Source of the DNA: Octopus bimaculoides
Lineage: Eukaryota
Assembly: GCF_001194135.2 (NCBI RefSeq)
Contig: NC_068987.1
Location: 62,039,757 to 62,088,823 of the forward strand
Length of the DNA: 49,067 nt
Direction of reading: 5' to 3'
Part shown: piece after piece, positions 11,393 to 23,130 of the stretch
Position numbering within the stretch: position 1 is the stretch's first letter
Layout: each line of letters begins with the position of its first letter
Translations under genes and position numbers: made by a program
Notes under the pieces: generated by a model
Databases searched by the model: none
Told to the model about the DNA's origin: nothing
What the model saw: only the letters and a program-made list of their open reading frames with translations

Positions 11393-12135
11393 TGTATATT
11401 TATATATACATACATATGGTGGGCTTCCACATAGTTTCCATCTACCAACTTCATGTTCACAGCATTGGTCCATCTGAGACTATAGTAGAAGGTACATGCT
11501 CAAGATGCTGTGCAGTGGGATTGAACTTGTAATCACATGGTTGCAAACCAAGCTTCTTAACCACACATCCATATTTATGCCTATGTTCTAATTGCTAGTA
11601 CATTTCAGTAACTACTACGTAAATATTTCATTATACGTTAGCTTGATTATTCATTTATTTATTGGGAGAAACCTCAAACACTTTGATCCTGGGATGGGGT
11701 GGTATGGGTTAGATGGGGGTGGTATGGAAAAACAAAATGGGAATAAAGATAGAGTAAGAAATATATATAAAAAAAAAATATGCTTCATGAACTGCTATTG
11801 AGAGTAGTCATGATTAAGAAACACATTTGATTAATTAACTCTGATTAATGCAAAAAATGAATAAATAAATAAATAAATTTACAGTTAATAAAGTAAATGA
11901 TGTAGGCAACAATCAATATATACCATTCCATATATACCAGCATGATAGCAATGGTGTGTATAGTTTAGAAGAAATGGCAGGGCCACCATAATAGATTCAT
12001 TACCATTATTTTTGTAGACACTGCTCCTCGTTCCTTTCAGATTATAAAAAAAACAAATTACCAATACTTGCTATTGATTTTTTAATCTACTAATCTCCCT
12101 TACATATTGGTAGTCTTTTGCTAATATTAAACACC

Positions 12136-12179
<44 letters not shown>

Positions 12180-12832
12180 GGCAAACTGGCAGAGTTGTTA
12201 GCACGCTGGACAAAACGCTTAGTGGTATTTCACCCGTTGTTACATTCTGAGTTCAAATTCTGCTATGGTCAGCTTTATCTTTCATCCTTTCAGGGTCGAT
12301 AAATTAAGTACCCATTGAGTACTGGAGTCGATATAATTGACTACCCCTCTTCCAAATTTCAGGTCTTGTGCCTAATGTAGAAAGGATCATTATTATTATT
12401 ATTATTAGCCCATTAAGGGCAGCAAGCTAGCAGAATTGCTTACATGCCAGGCAAAATGCATAGCGGTATTTTGTCCATCTTCATGTTTTGGGTTCAAATT
12501 CCACCATGATTGACTTTACCTTTCATCCTTTCAGGATCAATAAAATAAGCATCTCATGAGCACTGTGGTTGATGCAACTGACTTACTCCCTCCTCAAAAA
12601 TTAATAGCCTTGTTCCAAAATGCGAAACCGTTATTATTAATATTATTATTAGCCTATTAAGTGTAGAGAGCTGACAGAATCATCAGCAGTATTTCATCTG
12701 TCTTTGCATTGCGAGTTCAAATTCTGTTGAGATTGACTTTACTTTTCATAAGTACCAGTTGAACACTGGGGTCGATGTAATCAACTCATCCCCTTCCCAA
12801 AAATTGCAGGCCCTGTGCCAAAATTTGAAACC
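12180..12832 (+). mobile_element. Three head-to-tail family-A SINEs separated by (ATT)n
   Basis: Copies at about 12180-12387, 12416-12630 and 12659-12832. Each has (TGG/TAG/TGA)CAGA A-box-like and G(A/G)GTTCAAATTC B-box-like motifs, a CTTTCATCCTTTC-type body (partly deleted in the third copy), and a TTGTGCC..GAAA-type end. Confidence 0.85.
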
Positions 12833-12948
12833 ATTATTATTATTGTTGTTGTTTTACTTCTCAGAATGTTCAGTCTTGTTTGTTCCAGTAGAATCTGTGA
12901 GAGTGGACAGCAGCCTGCTGTCAGAGGTCTCTTATTATTATTATTATT

Positions 12949-13468
12949 GAGTGAGAGAGCAGTGCATGCCATCAAAGTGACACTGGGGTAAAATATACAA
13001 AGCCCAGTATACCCATCATGACTACCTGTCTGATAAGGGTACACCAGGTGCATGCATCACAACCATATGTGTGCGACATAGTGATCTCAGGCAGAGCCCA
13101 GTTAGAATTTTCTTCAGGTCAAGTACCCTATCCTGCTCAAACAGTCCTTGAATAATGGTTGTTTAAGGATGTTGAACAAAACGCCCGTTTCCAGAGGTGA
13201 ATTATTCAAACCTCAAAGAATTCCTCTCAACACATAGCTATGATGCCCCACCTCCCCCACTATTTCTGCTCATGATCAGAGATGCACATATCATCAGCCA
13301 CTAAGGGACATGCTCAACTGGTTATGGTGAAACAACTGACAAGCAAATCTGTGGTAGTGAGCAGAATATTTGCTGTTGTCCATCTTTTATACCAAGATAA
13401 AACATGTACATGATAACACTTCCAATCAATCAAGATCAGAAGTCATGAGAGCTACTGCCTGGTACTGC
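12949..13468. mobile_element. About 520-bp interspersed element bracketed by (ATT)n on both sides; class uncertain
   Basis: Sharp boundaries TATTATT|GAGTGAGAGAGC ... GGTACTGC|ATTATTATT. Base composition is richer in GC than the flanks, and there is no ORF. I recall this as a recurrent octopus repeat but have not verified it. Confidence 0.55.
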
Positions 13469-13521
13469 ATTATTATTATTATTATTGTTATTATTATTAT
13501 TATTATTATTATTAGCCAATG

Positions 13522-13712
13522 AAGGGCAGTGAAATGGCAGGATCATTAGTACATCAGATAAAATGCTTAGTGGCATTTCTTACAGTTTTATATTCTGAAT
13601 TCAAATACAGTTGAGGTCAACTTTGCCTTTAATCCTTTCAAGGATGATAAAGTAAAGTACCAATCTAGTACTAGAGTTGATGTAATTTACTTGACCCTTG
13701 CCCCTAAAATGG
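13522..13712 (+). mobile_element. Family-A SINE (decayed)
   Basis: Same modules as 12180, with many substitutions. Confidence 0.7.
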
Positions 13713-13868
13713 AGAATTTTTCGACTCTGATTTTTACAGCAATGCCAGCACCTCATGTGCCCTATTATGATTATCAATTAATTATAAAATTTTATATATA
13801 TATATATATATATACATGAATATGTGTGCATATATATTTATGAATGTATATATATTTATTCGTTTATG

Positions 13869-13917
<49 letters not shown>

Positions 13918-14841
13918 TACATACATACATACATACATACATACACACACACACATTCATGCATACATATATTGACTGATATTTAGCTACTCTATTATCT
14001 CTACTCTTGCGAATTTGTTTTCAGTAATTATCCTCTCTTCTGGGTCCCGTAATAATTCCAACATATCTCCAATCACACAGAGCTGTATTTACATCAGTTA
14101 TTAATCATTTGCTTGTGAAGTTTCTCGCTGTTCATTCCACATGATTCCACAATCATTCGATTTTCTGCCCTGAAAGCTTAATCCCTTTATGTTCATGCCT
14201 ATGATGACTTTTCCCCTGATCCAGATATGTCCGTTAGAATCAGACTACTCAACTCATGTTTATTTCCAAATAATGTTGATCATGTACTCTCACTGCAGGC
14301 ATATCTTGACATAAAAAAATTCTAAACCTTTGATTTTTTTTTTTTTTTTTTTCACACTTAAAGGGATCCTTTTGTAATTAATGATCAAACACCGAAAATT
14401 TCTCTATTTTCCAATAACAACATTCATTTTATCATGGAACACATTTTAGTGAAACTTTAGATAATTTATGGAAGAAATACCACTTCATATTTAATCTCTC
14501 GTGTTAAATATTTAGTGTAGTTTGTAGTATTTCTGTTGTAGCAAACTTTAGAAAATATTCACATTTGTTTTGCTTTTTGTAAGTTGTAGCATGTAGGAAT
14601 AAAACTGTGTTTTATCAGTTACAACAGATTCATTTTATGTTAGGTAAATTTAATTTTTCAAAGTTCACCTACATGAAATTCCAAGTTAATTACTTAAATA
14701 TCACTCCTAAGCTAAGATCCATGCATCATATGAGTTTTGATCATATACATCTGTTGATGTTCCAAATAATTGCCTCTACATTTTCTTCCCTGTTCAGTTC
14801 TTGTCTTTGCTTATCTACTTTGCCATTATTAGGCTGGTCTA

Positions 14842-14878
<37 letters not shown>

Positions 14879-15279
14879 TTCTTTGACAGTTGGGATTCAG
14901 GTATTTTTTTTATAGAATTTTAAATTATGAAACACTTATTCTTGTATCACCTAAAAAAAGGATTTTGTCTTTAGTGTAGATATATGAGTAAGCATTGATT
15001 CCAAAAAAATTTACATATCCTTTTACTTGATTCAATTATTGGACATTTTAATGATATTTCCCAATCTTCAACAAGAAGACTTCATTTTTTACCCAGTGTT
15101 TATTAGAAACAAAGACTGAGATGCTAACAGCATAGCCATCTCAAAATATAGAATACAATATTATGTCCATTAAGAAATTTGAAATAAGATTTGCTTTAAA
15201 AAGAAAAGAACGACTTTCTTGTTGACTCAAATATTATTGCATATGCATAATGTAATAATCTATTAATATATTGTGCTAC

Positions 15280-15314
<35 letters not shown>

Positions 15315-15502
15315 TTTAGTAGTAGTAGTAGAGTTGTAGTGGTGGTGGAGATAGCAGTAGCAACAGCAAATATTTTTGCTACCTATTTTTATAAAAATGT
15401 GTTAGTATTATATGTAGAATTACAAAAATGATATATTTAAGATACACATACACTCACACACATATATATACATTCATACTTGTGTGTGTGTGTGTGTGTG
15501 TA

Positions 15503-15836
15503 TTTTCTCTTGCTTGGTTCAGTCATTAGACTGTGGCCATCCTGGAGCACTGCCTTGAGGAATTTTAGTCAAACTAATCAACCTCAATACCTATTTTCTT
15601 TTTAAGCCTGGTACTTATTTTATCAATCTCTTTTGCTGAACCACTAGGTTATGGGAACATAAACATACCAACACCAGTTGTCAAGTGGTGGTGGGGAACA
15701 CAAAGACATACTTAGATATATACATATACAATGGGATTCTTTCAGTTTCTGTCTGGCTATGGTAGAAGACACTTACCTAAGGTGCTATGCTGTGGAACTG
15801 AACCAGGAACTCATTACTACACAGCCACTTCTGTAC
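15503..15836 (-). mobile_element. Family-B SINE with internal deletions
   Basis: Colinear with 9704-10112. Confidence 0.75.
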
Positions 15837-16129
15837 TTATAATATATATATATATAAGTTTCAAAAATAATTTAACAGAAACACAACAAAGGAATGAACA
15901 AAAGATTCACATACAAAACATTGACATACTCTTTCCTCATTTGTTATCAGCCAAAATATTATTACAATTTCATGCCTTTAATGATAGTATTGTTCATTTT
16001 TAGTGGGGTCAACAGCAAAAAGCTACTGGGAACAGTAAGTGAGCTTTGAGGGCAATGATGCAAACAGGTACAACACAGATAGTGTGTGTGAATATAAATG
16101 TAATTATATAAACAAAATAGATATACAAT

Positions 16130-16468
16130 ATTTTATTGTGTCTGGGGGGAGTCATTCTGTATAATGCCTTCACTCACTGGTTCAATTTCCATTCATTTGC
16201 TTATTTATTTTTTTCTAAAAATTTTTGTTGCTTCTTGCAAGCTCTTCCATAGTCGTTGACTCTGTCTGTTATCAGAGCTGTGTTCTTTCTTGAAACAAAA
16301 AGAACGCAGCTCTGATAACAGACAGAGTCAATAACTATTGAAGATCTTGCAAGAAGCAATGAAACTTTTAGAAAAAATAATAAGTAAATGAGTGGAAATT
16401 GAATTAGTGAGTGTGTTAATTAATAAGGCATTAAAGCAGAACGATTCTCCCCAGACACAAAAAAAAAT
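16130..16468. repeat. About 340-bp fold-back (long inverted repeat), probable palindromic MITE
   Basis: Arms such as TTGACTCTGTCTGTTATCAGAGCTG / CAGCTCTGATAACAGACAGAGTCAA and TGTGTCTGGGG / CCCCAGACACA around a loop of about 10 nt near 16289-16298. Confidence 0.85.
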
Positions 16469-17414
16469 GCTTCAACACGAATTCGCATAAGGAATTCTTG
16501 CAAACCAAATACAAAAACGAAGTAAAATATACAATATACAAACAAAATAAAAGCTGTGCAGCTCTGACATAAGACGTATGTATAAGTATTGCAATGGAAA
16601 ATGTGCTGTAGGACTGGAAACAGAAAGTGCACAGAAGAAAAGGTTGAATAAAAGGTGTAAAAGCAAACCCTTTGTTGAAAGTATAGAAGGAGGTGAGAGA
16701 CTGAGAGAAAGGTGACTGAACAAGTCAGTGGTCAAGTGAAAAAAAGGAATGGTCATAGATTGTATGGTAGTGAGAAGAGAGAGAAAAAAGTGGTAGAGGG
16801 CAGAGGAACAGAAAGCAACAGAGAGGTGAGTAAGTGAGAGAGAGAGGGTGAGAAAAGAGAAAGAAAGAGATATCACACAAAAAATTCCTGCAGATGCATA
16901 GAAAGACTTTTAATTATACGAAAAACTATTGAAGGAAAAACAGTTTGAAATTAAATATTTACAGAGCTATTCAGTTTTATATGCACCAAAATATGCACTT
17001 TATTTCCTGTTGCTTCAGTCTACTCAACTGTATGTGAATACCAGGCAAATGCTCTCTCTACCTCCTGCTGGCATATCCTTAATGTGTTGCTAGGAACATT
17101 GAAAAATAACTCAGTATTACAGCACATAATTTTAATCTTTTTCCTACCAGGTGCAATGTCATTTTTAGCAATAGAAATTTGGGTGTTTTCCATAATACTG
17201 AAAAGGATTTCTTCCATTTCACAATGTGTGTGTGTGTGTGGATGTAGATAGGTAGATAAATGCAGACATAAATATTAAATGTTAGAGTGACATTGGATGG
17301 TTCATCAGGAATTGATGGGTGAAAGGACTTCGCTAAGCCCTAATGTCTCTCTTGGTGTGGTTTCAACAGCTGGATCCCCTTCCTAATACCGACCACTTTA
17401 CAGAGTGTACTAGA

Positions 17415-17525
17415 TGTCATCATTGTCATCATGATTGTTATCATCATCATCATCAGCATCATCATCATCATCAGCATCATCATCATCATCAGCATCATCA
17501 TCATCATCAGCATCATCATCATCAA
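17415..17525. repeat. (CAT)n microsatellite with regular CAG interruptions
   Basis: Three exact (CAT)5CAG units at 17457-17510. Confidence 0.9.
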
Positions 17526-18309
17526 CATTTTCATTACTGCCAACACTATAATGATAATGTTGATGAAGATTATCTGGTTTCCCTCAAGGAAAGAAATGTT
17601 GTGTCTAATTCATTGTTATATTAACAACTGGTCAATATTTCCTGCTAAATACTTTCAAACATGTAGTCCATCTAAAGTCACTCCAAATATTGTATTTAAC
17701 CAATTGTTTTTCAGTTTTATAAAAATTATGTTTTGTTTGTTCTTCTTGAATATAAATTTATTTGTTTATCTTTATTTGAAAGAAATATCAGTCTATAAGC
17801 TTCAAAATCAAATTATGAATTGTTAATATGGTTTTGTCTTGAATCTATAATCCAGTTTTCCTTGTTTTGTCAACTGTTTACATGGTTACTTCTTTGAAAA
17901 AAAATTTGGAAATATATATATATATTTATTTATATATGTATATATTATACATACATTGACTTGAAGTTTGCTTATCCTACAGCCAGCTCAAGGCTTGTTG
18001 GTGAGACCATCCCCCTCTCTAATTTGGCATGGTATGATGCATGTGATAGCTAGTATCTACCTTCACTTAACCCTATGTCCATACTATTGTCCTAGTCGTG
18101 AGTTTTTCAATATTTCTATTCCTTCCTTTTTGAAACTCTTTGAACATCCTGTTGTTTAATATCACCATACTGTAAACCTTTTTCATAATTTTGCAAATGA
18201 TTTTTTTTTTCTTGCTGTTTTTCAAAGTAGAATACCATCCATTACATTTTACAAAGAACAGAGCTCTAATGAGAAATTAATAATTTGTTTCATATTTAAA
18301 GTTATAGAT

Positions 18310-18504
18310 TGAGAGTAGCTTGGTAATTAAGATGTTGGGATTATTATGATCAGAAAGTTGTGGGTTCAGTTCTTGGATCAGGCAGTGCATTGTGTCTTGG
18401 AGCAAACACTTTATTTCCTGTTGCTTCAGTCTACTCAGCTGCATGTGAATACCAGGCAAATGCTCTCTCTACCTCCTGCTAGCATATCCTTAATGTGTTG
18501 CTAG
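18310..18504 (+). mobile_element. Decayed CORE-type SINE (third family)
   Basis: GTGGGTTCAGTTCT B-box-like motif followed by CATTGTGTCTTGGAGCAAACACTTTATTTC..TGCTTCAGTCTACTCAGCTG. The last 98 bp recur at 16996-17093. Confidence 0.55.
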
Positions 18505-19016
18505 ATTCAGGGTGGGCAGGCCAAAAGGATGTCTGTATCTACTCATGACTACATAGGCACCTACAACAATTAATAAGAACATGGTATATGTTACTAAGTC
18601 ATGCTTATTTGTGAATGATGGCTATACTACCACATCTTAATTATACTTGTGAAGTAGCATGAATAGTATAGTGCAGGGCTAAGTGCCTTTCAATATTTAG
18701 TTTCATCCCCCTCTGCTCTGATTTCAAGTTTCATTGAGATCAACATTGCTTTTAATCTTTCCAAGATCAATAAATACTGTGATTCAATCAACTATAGTCC
18801 ACACTGCAAAATACTGGGGATTGCATTAGTGTAAGAAATTGTTATTATTTTTATCATGGAATCTATGCAGTACAGTGTTTAGTCACATCCGTTTATGTTT
18901 AGCTTTCAAATTCTACCATTATCGGCATTGCTTTTCATACCTCTGGAGTTGATAAAACTTACCAGATCCCTCTCCCAATATCTAGGTCTTATGCTTAATT
19001 TAATAATAATAATAAT

Positions 19017-19267
19017 GGTTTCAAGTTTTGGCACAAGGCCAGAAATTTTGAGGGAGCTGGTAAGTCAATTAAATCATCCCCCAGTGCTCAACTAATTCTT
19101 CTTTTATCAACCCTGGATGAAAGGCAAAGTTGACCCCAGCAGAATTTGAACTCAGAATCTAAAGACAGATTTGAACTCAGAATCAAAAGAAATGCCACTA
19201 AGCATTTTGCCCAGCATATTAATAATTCTACCAGCTTACTGCCTTAGAAATGATGATGATGATGATG

Positions 19268-19299
<32 letters not shown>

Positions 19300-19325
19300 T
19301 ATTATTATTATTATTATTATTATTA

Positions 19326-19359
<34 letters not shown>

Positions 19360-19774
19360 CCTTTCTACTATAGGCACAAGACCTGAAATTTTAGGAGAGG
19401 GAATCAGTCAATTACATCGACCCCAGCGCGTAACTGGTACTTAATTTATTGATCTCAAAAGGATGAGCAGCAAAGTTGACCCCAGCAGAATTTGAACTCA
19501 GAACGTAGCGACGGGCGAGATACCACTAAGTATTTTGTCCAGTATGCTAACAATTCTACCAACTCACTGCCTTAATAATAATAATAATGATGACGATGAT
19601 GATGCTTAGTGGTATTTTGCCTGTTGCTACATTCTGAGTTCAAGTTCTACCAAGGTCGACTTTGCCTTTCATCCTTTCGGGGTCAATAAATTAAGTACCA
19701 GTGAAACACTGGGATCAATGTAATCAACTAGTCCCCTCCCACCAAATTTCAGGCCTTGTGCCTTTAGTAGAAAG
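19017..19774. mobile_element. Cluster of three family-A SINEs (19017-19245 -, 19360-19574 -, 19603-19774 +) around trinucleotide tracts
   Basis: Modules match 12180 in the stated orientations. A (GAT)n(AAT)n(TAT)n tract occupies 19250-19359. Confidence 0.85.
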
Positions 19775-20488
19775 TATTATCATTATTATTATTATTTCTA
19801 AATTAGGCATAGATACTGGAAGAGGAGTTGTCATTTTTATCAACCCCCAACATGCTACTAATGTTTATTTCATCAACCCCAATGCTAACAATTGTAGAAT
19901 TTGAAATCTAAACATAAAAGGATGTCATTAATCTCTGTACTATGCAGTTTCTTTCTATGATGCAAATAATAATTTCTCACTATATAACTAAACTTTAGAT
20001 GTCCAAATCACAATGAAAATAATATATAATGAAAAAAAAATAATGTTTAAGCTGAGAAGCATCTATATAAGAAATGAACAAGGCATGATATTTTTAACTA
20101 CTTTGAGTGAAAAAAAATAAATGTTTATGTAACTATTATGAACAAAGCAGGAAACTTAAGTATATAATAAAAAAAATGAAAATAGGGTTATATTTGATGT
20201 GAAAAATGCAGAAATATGTAACCCTTAAAAAAAATAGATAATAGCTGCATGCTGTTGGATAGTCATTATTTTTTCTTTTGTTTTCAATGAGCAAAAATTA
20301 TCTTGAGTGGTTAATTATTAATTAAAATTTAAATATTTAAAATTCATAGAAGTAAATCAGTTTTATATTTTTATTTTGAAAGAACTGTGTACCTGATTCC
20401 ATCTGGACCATTTTTTATGTTTTTCCTTCTTGACAACTGTATATCAGTTCTGTTATTTAAATACAATAATTATTGTAATCATGGTAAA

Positions 20489-20686
20489 GGCAGTGTTTTT
20501 GTAGAACCATTAGTGGCATTTCATCTGTCTATATGCTCTGAGTTCAAATTCCAACAAAGTCAACCTTGTCTTTCATTCTTTTGAGGTTGACTAAAATAAA
20601 TACCAGTCAAATACTGAGGTTAATCTAATTAACTTTGACCTCCTCTCAAAAACTACTGGCTCTGTGCTGAAATTTGAAACTATTAC
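20489..20686 (+). mobile_element. Family-A SINE with a 15-bp target-site duplication
   Basis: TGTAATCATGGTAAA at 20474-20488 and 20687-20701. Confidence 0.8.
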
Positions 20687-20790
20687 TGTAATCATGGTAA
20701 ATGTACTTGTATAATATTCATGAATAGGATGTCATCAGAAGACATTTTATTACCTTTTATTATCTCTATATTTCTTAACATGGTTCTTAG

Positions 20791-20843
20791 CTGATGTTGA
20801 ATTTCTGACAGTTAATATTTTAGATGAGGATGTTGATTTATGA
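20791..20843 (+). CDS. Candidate terminal coding exon, product unknown
   Basis: Pyrimidine tract TTACCTTTTATTATCTCTATATTTCTTAAC..TCTTAG|, then phase-1 (A)DVEFLTVNILDEDVDL*. Followed by T/GT-rich UTR-like sequence. Confidence 0.3.
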
Positions 20844-21420
20844 CATGACTTAAATGTCATTTATTTAAAGATGTTGATGTTAATAGTCTGATTATATTGT
20901 GTAATTGGTGCATTCATATGCTCGTGTTAAATCACCCAAATATTTAGACTCCTGTGCATCTGTTAGACATTGGTACAATGAGAAGGGGGTGGCAAGAATT
21001 GATACCATAATGAAGCAGCTAATGAAACAGAGGGGACAGAAAGCAATTATTGTGAAAACTATTTCATCTCCTCCTTCTCCCGCATTGTCACAGTTATTCT
21101 GCAGTCAGATTGTAACTATTGACTGTATATATCTCATCTTCTCTATTGTTCATTTGTTTATTCTTTATTAATCACATTCTAATCATTATGTGTTTGTAAT
21201 GAGTTTGTGTTTCTTATTTGTTTTTAGTGTATTTATTATACTATCTAGTTTATTTTTTCTGTAATATCTATATTTGCTTCTTCATATGTTGTTTATTGAG
21301 CTTGTTACATTGTTTCATACATTTTTTTCCTTTTTTTTTTTTTTGGTGGTGGGTATATCTTAGTTATAATTTCGTTTTGAAGTTATTTTTCACTAAACAA
21401 CTTAATGATTTTATTTTGGA

Positions 21421-21426
21421 AATAAA
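21421..21426 (+). promoter_or_regulatory. Possible polyadenylation signal
   Basis: AATAAA about 580 nt after the candidate stop at 20843. The hexamer is common by chance in AT-rich DNA. Confidence 0.2.
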
Positions 21427-23130
21427 ATGAAAATTTTCTTGAAATTTGTCTGCTTGTCATCCCATAATTCAAGTAAGTATATCATTACTTTTGTGATTCA
21501 AAGAATTCCAGCTACAAAAATTAAGCTGATTACGAAGTTTAAAGTTGTGTTTAATATAAAGATAACAATTATCAGTCCGTGGGTCTTTTTGTTATATTTT
21601 TAACAATATTTTGTGACATTTTTCCTCTTTTCTTTCTTTAATTCTAATATGTGTTTATGTGCACACATGCTTGTGCCTTACATTGGTAAAGTTGTCCTAT
21701 ATTCTAATACAGTGACTAAAATAATAATTGCCTGTAGTTTTCAATATATTGATATTTTTGATATGACATTCAAATTCGAGGGTCTGACACCATTGATATT
21801 CTGCAGATTTGTAGCATTTTTTAATACTGTGAAATATCTAAGTGATGGAGGACCAAATCAGGAGTGTCATACAAATTGTCCTGTGGTATTTAGTCTTGTT
21901 GCTCAACATCTGATTTCAAATTCCACCCATCAACTTTGCTTTGACTTCTTTCCATTCATAAAATAAGGTATCTTTTCATCTGTTCATTCAGCAAAGCTTT
22001 AAATTTCAGATGAATTGTTGCTGACCATGAGAGTGCATGTCTTGTAGTTTGCCACTAGATTCAGAGGTTGCTTCTATCTGACTATGTTGCTGTTGTCATT
22101 AAAGTTATTATTAAATCATGTATTGCTATTTGGTGTTTTGTTTATGGAGTAATTGTTAAACTGTGTTGACTCAGAAAATTCAGTTTTATGAATCAGTTTA
22201 CATTTGATAATCTACTTAGCATGTTTGCTAAGGCAGTCTTTCTTTTATGAAGGAGAGGGGAATTGGTCCCCTCCAATGGGGGTTTGTGAGGTTTGACAAA
22301 GTGGCAGGAAAATCACTATGTTTAATAAATTTAAAATTATGTTGTTTCTATTTAAATTTTTCATTCATTTATTTATTTAGATAGCCATACTTCCAAGAAA
22401 TCAAATTCCTGTAGGTTTTAACGATTGAAATTAAAGATAATTTGTCAAGATAACTTGTTCTCTTTGATTTGCAAACAAGAAATCTGCATTTTACTTCTGC
22501 CTTTCATACAGGTTTTCTCTGAGCCATTACACATGTGATTCTAAACCTTAACTAGTCCTTATGGTCATGTAAAAGATCAGCTGACCTCACAACCTGTTGA
22601 CAGTTCAAATACATTGAACTTGTCATGACAGTTTGTTTTCTTTGATCTGCTTACATGAAAACTATGCATTTCAGTTCCAGCCCCCCACAATCATCATACC
22701 ATACATTTTCATTGTGGGTTTATAAATGATTCTATATTCTCATGTACTGATTCTATGTACTGAGAACTACATATATAACTGCCATAGAGCAGTCATAATT
22801 TGCAGCACATTAATCAGTAAAGTTTATATTTAATTTGACATTGAACTTGAACTTAGGTAAGCAATGATCTTCTACCCATTCTCTAATTGCATTTATTTAG
22901 GAATACAAATGTTTTATCCTTAGAGGTAATCTAATGGATAAGTTTCCAAAACAGAATTCTGTACAGAAGAATTTACACATCTAGCTAAGATAAAAAGAAA
23001 AGAGGAAATCCTGAGCCAAAAAAATAGTGTCCAAAATTATCAGAAATTATTGCAATGGTAGACGTGTTATTTTTTATGCTAGAACCCGTTAATGAATGAT
23101 AATTGTTTCTTCAGAAGAACATTTGATAGG

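Noticed and set aside
14590-14900. Short + strand exon or microexon candidates (14590 or 14619 to 14643 with TAG|GTAAAT; 11-nt 14890-14900 with CAG|GTATTT)
   Set aside because: Good splice signals, but too short to distinguish from chance without RNA data.
17343-17826. Poly-His, poly-Ile and poly-Met ORFs
   Set aside because: Translations of the (CAT)n microsatellite.
19171-19444. Poly-Asp/Asn/Tyr ORFs
   Set aside because: Translations of the GAT/AAT/TAT microsatellite.
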